Source of the DNA: Neoechinorhynchus agilis
Taxonomy: Eukaryota; Animalia; Acanthocephala
Assembly: GCA_051530055.1 (NCBI GenBank)
Contig: CM121341.1
Location: 9,898,784 to 9,962,783 of the forward strand
Reading direction: 5' to 3'
Length of the DNA stretch: 64,000 nucleotides
In this document: piece by piece, positions 61,990-64,000 of the stretch
How the letters are laid out: the number at the start of each line of letters is the position of its first letter
How positions within the stretch are numbered: position 1 is the first letter of the stretch
Made by a program: the position numbers and the translations under genes
The notes under the pieces: model-generated
What the model was told of the DNA's origin: nothing
Databases searched by the model: none
Seen by the model: the letters and a program-made list of their open reading frames with translations, nothing else

Positions 61990-62515
61990 GCAAGTGGTAT
62001 TGGTTATCGATAAAGCTTTTGTCCTACAAGGTGCCTTTTTGGAGCGAGGTTCCGGTGCTTATCAATCTTGATTATCTGTAAATGATTCAAAATGTTCTGA
62101 GGTCAATAGTGTATAGCCTTATCGGCTAATAGATACCAGGAAATGGAATCCGGAAAATGTTCAGTCATCTCATAGACAAAGTCTACTCCTTGGTCGATAA
62201 AGTTTATTGTCATGCAGGAAACAACGGGTACTAATCCGGAAAACTGTGGGAGGCAATCATGAATAGTTTCTTGTTTGACTTGTCTAGAAACTCATATAAA
62301 GAATTGGATTTTCCATCATTTTGGTTGTTGAATCTGGGTTTAAAAGTTTGGATGATGACTTGAGTATTCAAGTAACTTCGTTTGTTGATTATCTAAACAA
62401 TTGGACCTCATCACGACTTAAGTAGTTGCTCCTGCGTGTTGTTTCCAGCATTGGGCATCCGACTATTGATTATCAAGAAGGGCTAAAAGCAATCCATTAG
62501 TACGTGACAGAACCA
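61990..62515 (+). other. Endogenous rhabdo/mononega-like virus L-protein fragment 2
   Basis: VYSLVDKVYCHAGNNGY*SGKLWEAIMNSFLFDLSRNSYKELDFPSF (62181-62321) and FQHW/GHPTIDYQEGLKAIH*YVT (62443-62509). Compare vesiculovirus L GNFSYDLIKMVEPICNL..FPHF and FRHWGHPFIDY..GLEKLH.QVT. Confidence 0.85.
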
Positions 62516-63630
62516 ATATGGGCTCTGCTAAAACAATTTTCTCGTCTAATGCGCACGATTTGGAACCCGATTTTTGTTGGAGAACAATATGTGATAGTCG
62601 GAGGGCCACTTTTCTTACCATGTGCTCATGGGTGCTTTCGAGATGCAGACGGCCCAGACATTTTATGTGGTTACAGTGACATTGGAGGGCGGCTCCCAGG
62701 TGGTCGAGCGGTTTACGTTCGGCCGCGAGAACTGCATTGGTGGCTTTCCTTACGACGTCTTCGGATCATCAATTAAGGGGCTCTAGATGAAGGAAAAGAC
62801 TATGTTTTCTCTTCTTGTGTTAGTTTGTCCCTGTCTGAGAAAGGACTTATAGATTATGAAGAGGTGGAGTTTGGTGTTGACGTTAATAGTAGACTAAAAG
62901 GTTTTGACTCAAAAGCAGGTAAAATTATATCAAAGAATGAATTATGTTTGAAATATTTCATCCAATCGCACTGGACTTCTTCAGTCAGGTATTGCTTGTA
63001 AGTTTTAACAATCGTGAACAATATAAAGAGGCTGGTTTCAAGATATTAATGGCAAGTGAGTTTAAACGTCTTAGTGTTTGCCCTACTCTGAAACGGATCA
63101 TTTGAAGTGTTCTTCTATCTCATCACTCAGTGTGTGTGAATGGATGGTATGATGATGAGCATTGGGAGAGCCGAACACGGTTGACTTCATTGGTGTGAAA
63201 GAGTGGTGGCAGACACACTGGTGTATCGGTTAACAACGGGAATGCCTTCTGGTTCCAATTTGACGACCTTCTACAATTCATTGGCTTATGCAATTATATT
63301 GTCTCAAGCGGTGTTTGATAGCCTTCACAGTTTAAGGGGTATCAGGGTTGCGACGCCATGGAAAAACTAAAGCCTTTGGAATGGTTTGGTCACTATGGTA
63401 TGGTTTATACCGATGCAAACAAAGGTCAGGCATTGTCATTGTTGGAGTCCGGAGAAGTATCTTTTCTTAAGAGAAAGTTTCTTCAGCTATGAAGTACGCC
63501 AGTTATGCTAATGAGTTTGGATGATGTTGCAGTCCCTCAAATGATACAGAAAAACAAGCGAAACTCGGACATGGTCCACTAGAGCATTGACGGAAGGAGC
63601 AGCAATTGAAGTTGCTTTACATGGTCGGAT
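62516..63630 (+). other. Endogenous picorna-like virus RdRp fragment, heavily decayed
   Basis: EEVEFGVD..GFDSKAG (~62860-62918), VNGWYDDEH..R, motif B GMPSGSNLTTFYNS (63239-63280), GMVYTDANK, FLKRKF (63463-63480) and IEVALHG (63605-63625). The GDD motif is deleted. Confidence 0.88.
62949..62987 (-). ncRNA. Minimal hammerhead ribozyme motif inserted in the picorna-like fragment
   Basis: Reverse complement: tga-CTGAAGA-a-GTCCA gtgcgat TGGAT-GAAA-ta-T-T-tca. Flank 62915-62948 is homologous to 8900-8930. Confidence 0.6.
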
Positions 63631-64000
63631 GAGGAGTCAAAATTAAAAAATGTAAAATTCCTTAATTTTCTGCCGAAAATAGGAGAACATTTGCAAAGTC
63701 CGCTAAGTATGGAAGGAAGGAAACCTACTTCAAGGCAATTACAGAAACCTCAAATGGCAAAATTTAAAGGACAAAAGCGTCGAAATTATCGATGAATTAA
63801 AAGAATAAAGGAATCACACCACGATCAATAAATAACCACAAAAATTGGAATTCATTTTAAATGCGATCGTGATGAGAACCAGCAGTTGCAAAAGAACCAA
63901 AATATGAAATATTGCGGGAAAATATGATCTCCGACAAACAATTTCTCGGGATATTTACCCCATTTCTGGAATACTACGATTATAATCTTTTGCCATTTCA

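Overview
AT-rich eukaryotic, almost certainly metazoan, DNA (FoxO-type forkhead gene with a 50-bp GT-AG intron, SUMO, sigma-class GST). It is not prokaryotic: no rRNA, tRNA or CRISPR array could be supported. A 135-bp satellite array at the left edge gives way to a dense mosaic of 0.1-3 kb pieces. (1) Broken retroelements: Ty3/Gypsy, Penelope-like, CRE-type RLE non-LTR elements, RTE and other APE-LINEs. (2) Duplicated or inverted copies of host genes: FoxO x2, SUMO x3 including a fold-back pair, and a GST/coiled-coil divergent pair x2. (3) Decayed fragments of several RNA viruses, recognised by manual translation across frameshifts: noda-like protein A (capping domain and downstream region, three scrambled pieces), rhabdo/mononega-like L protein (two clear copies of the same region from different viruses plus micro-fragments), a picorna-like RdRp, and a probable toti-like capsid. 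(4) Five minimal hammerhead-ribozyme motifs plus two core-decayed relics, several inside long hairpins. The leading hypothesis is a piRNA-cluster-like 'trap' or antiviral archive. That is inference and needs small-RNA data and long-read confirmation of the junctions. All family assignments come from motif recognition by eye; no database search was run.
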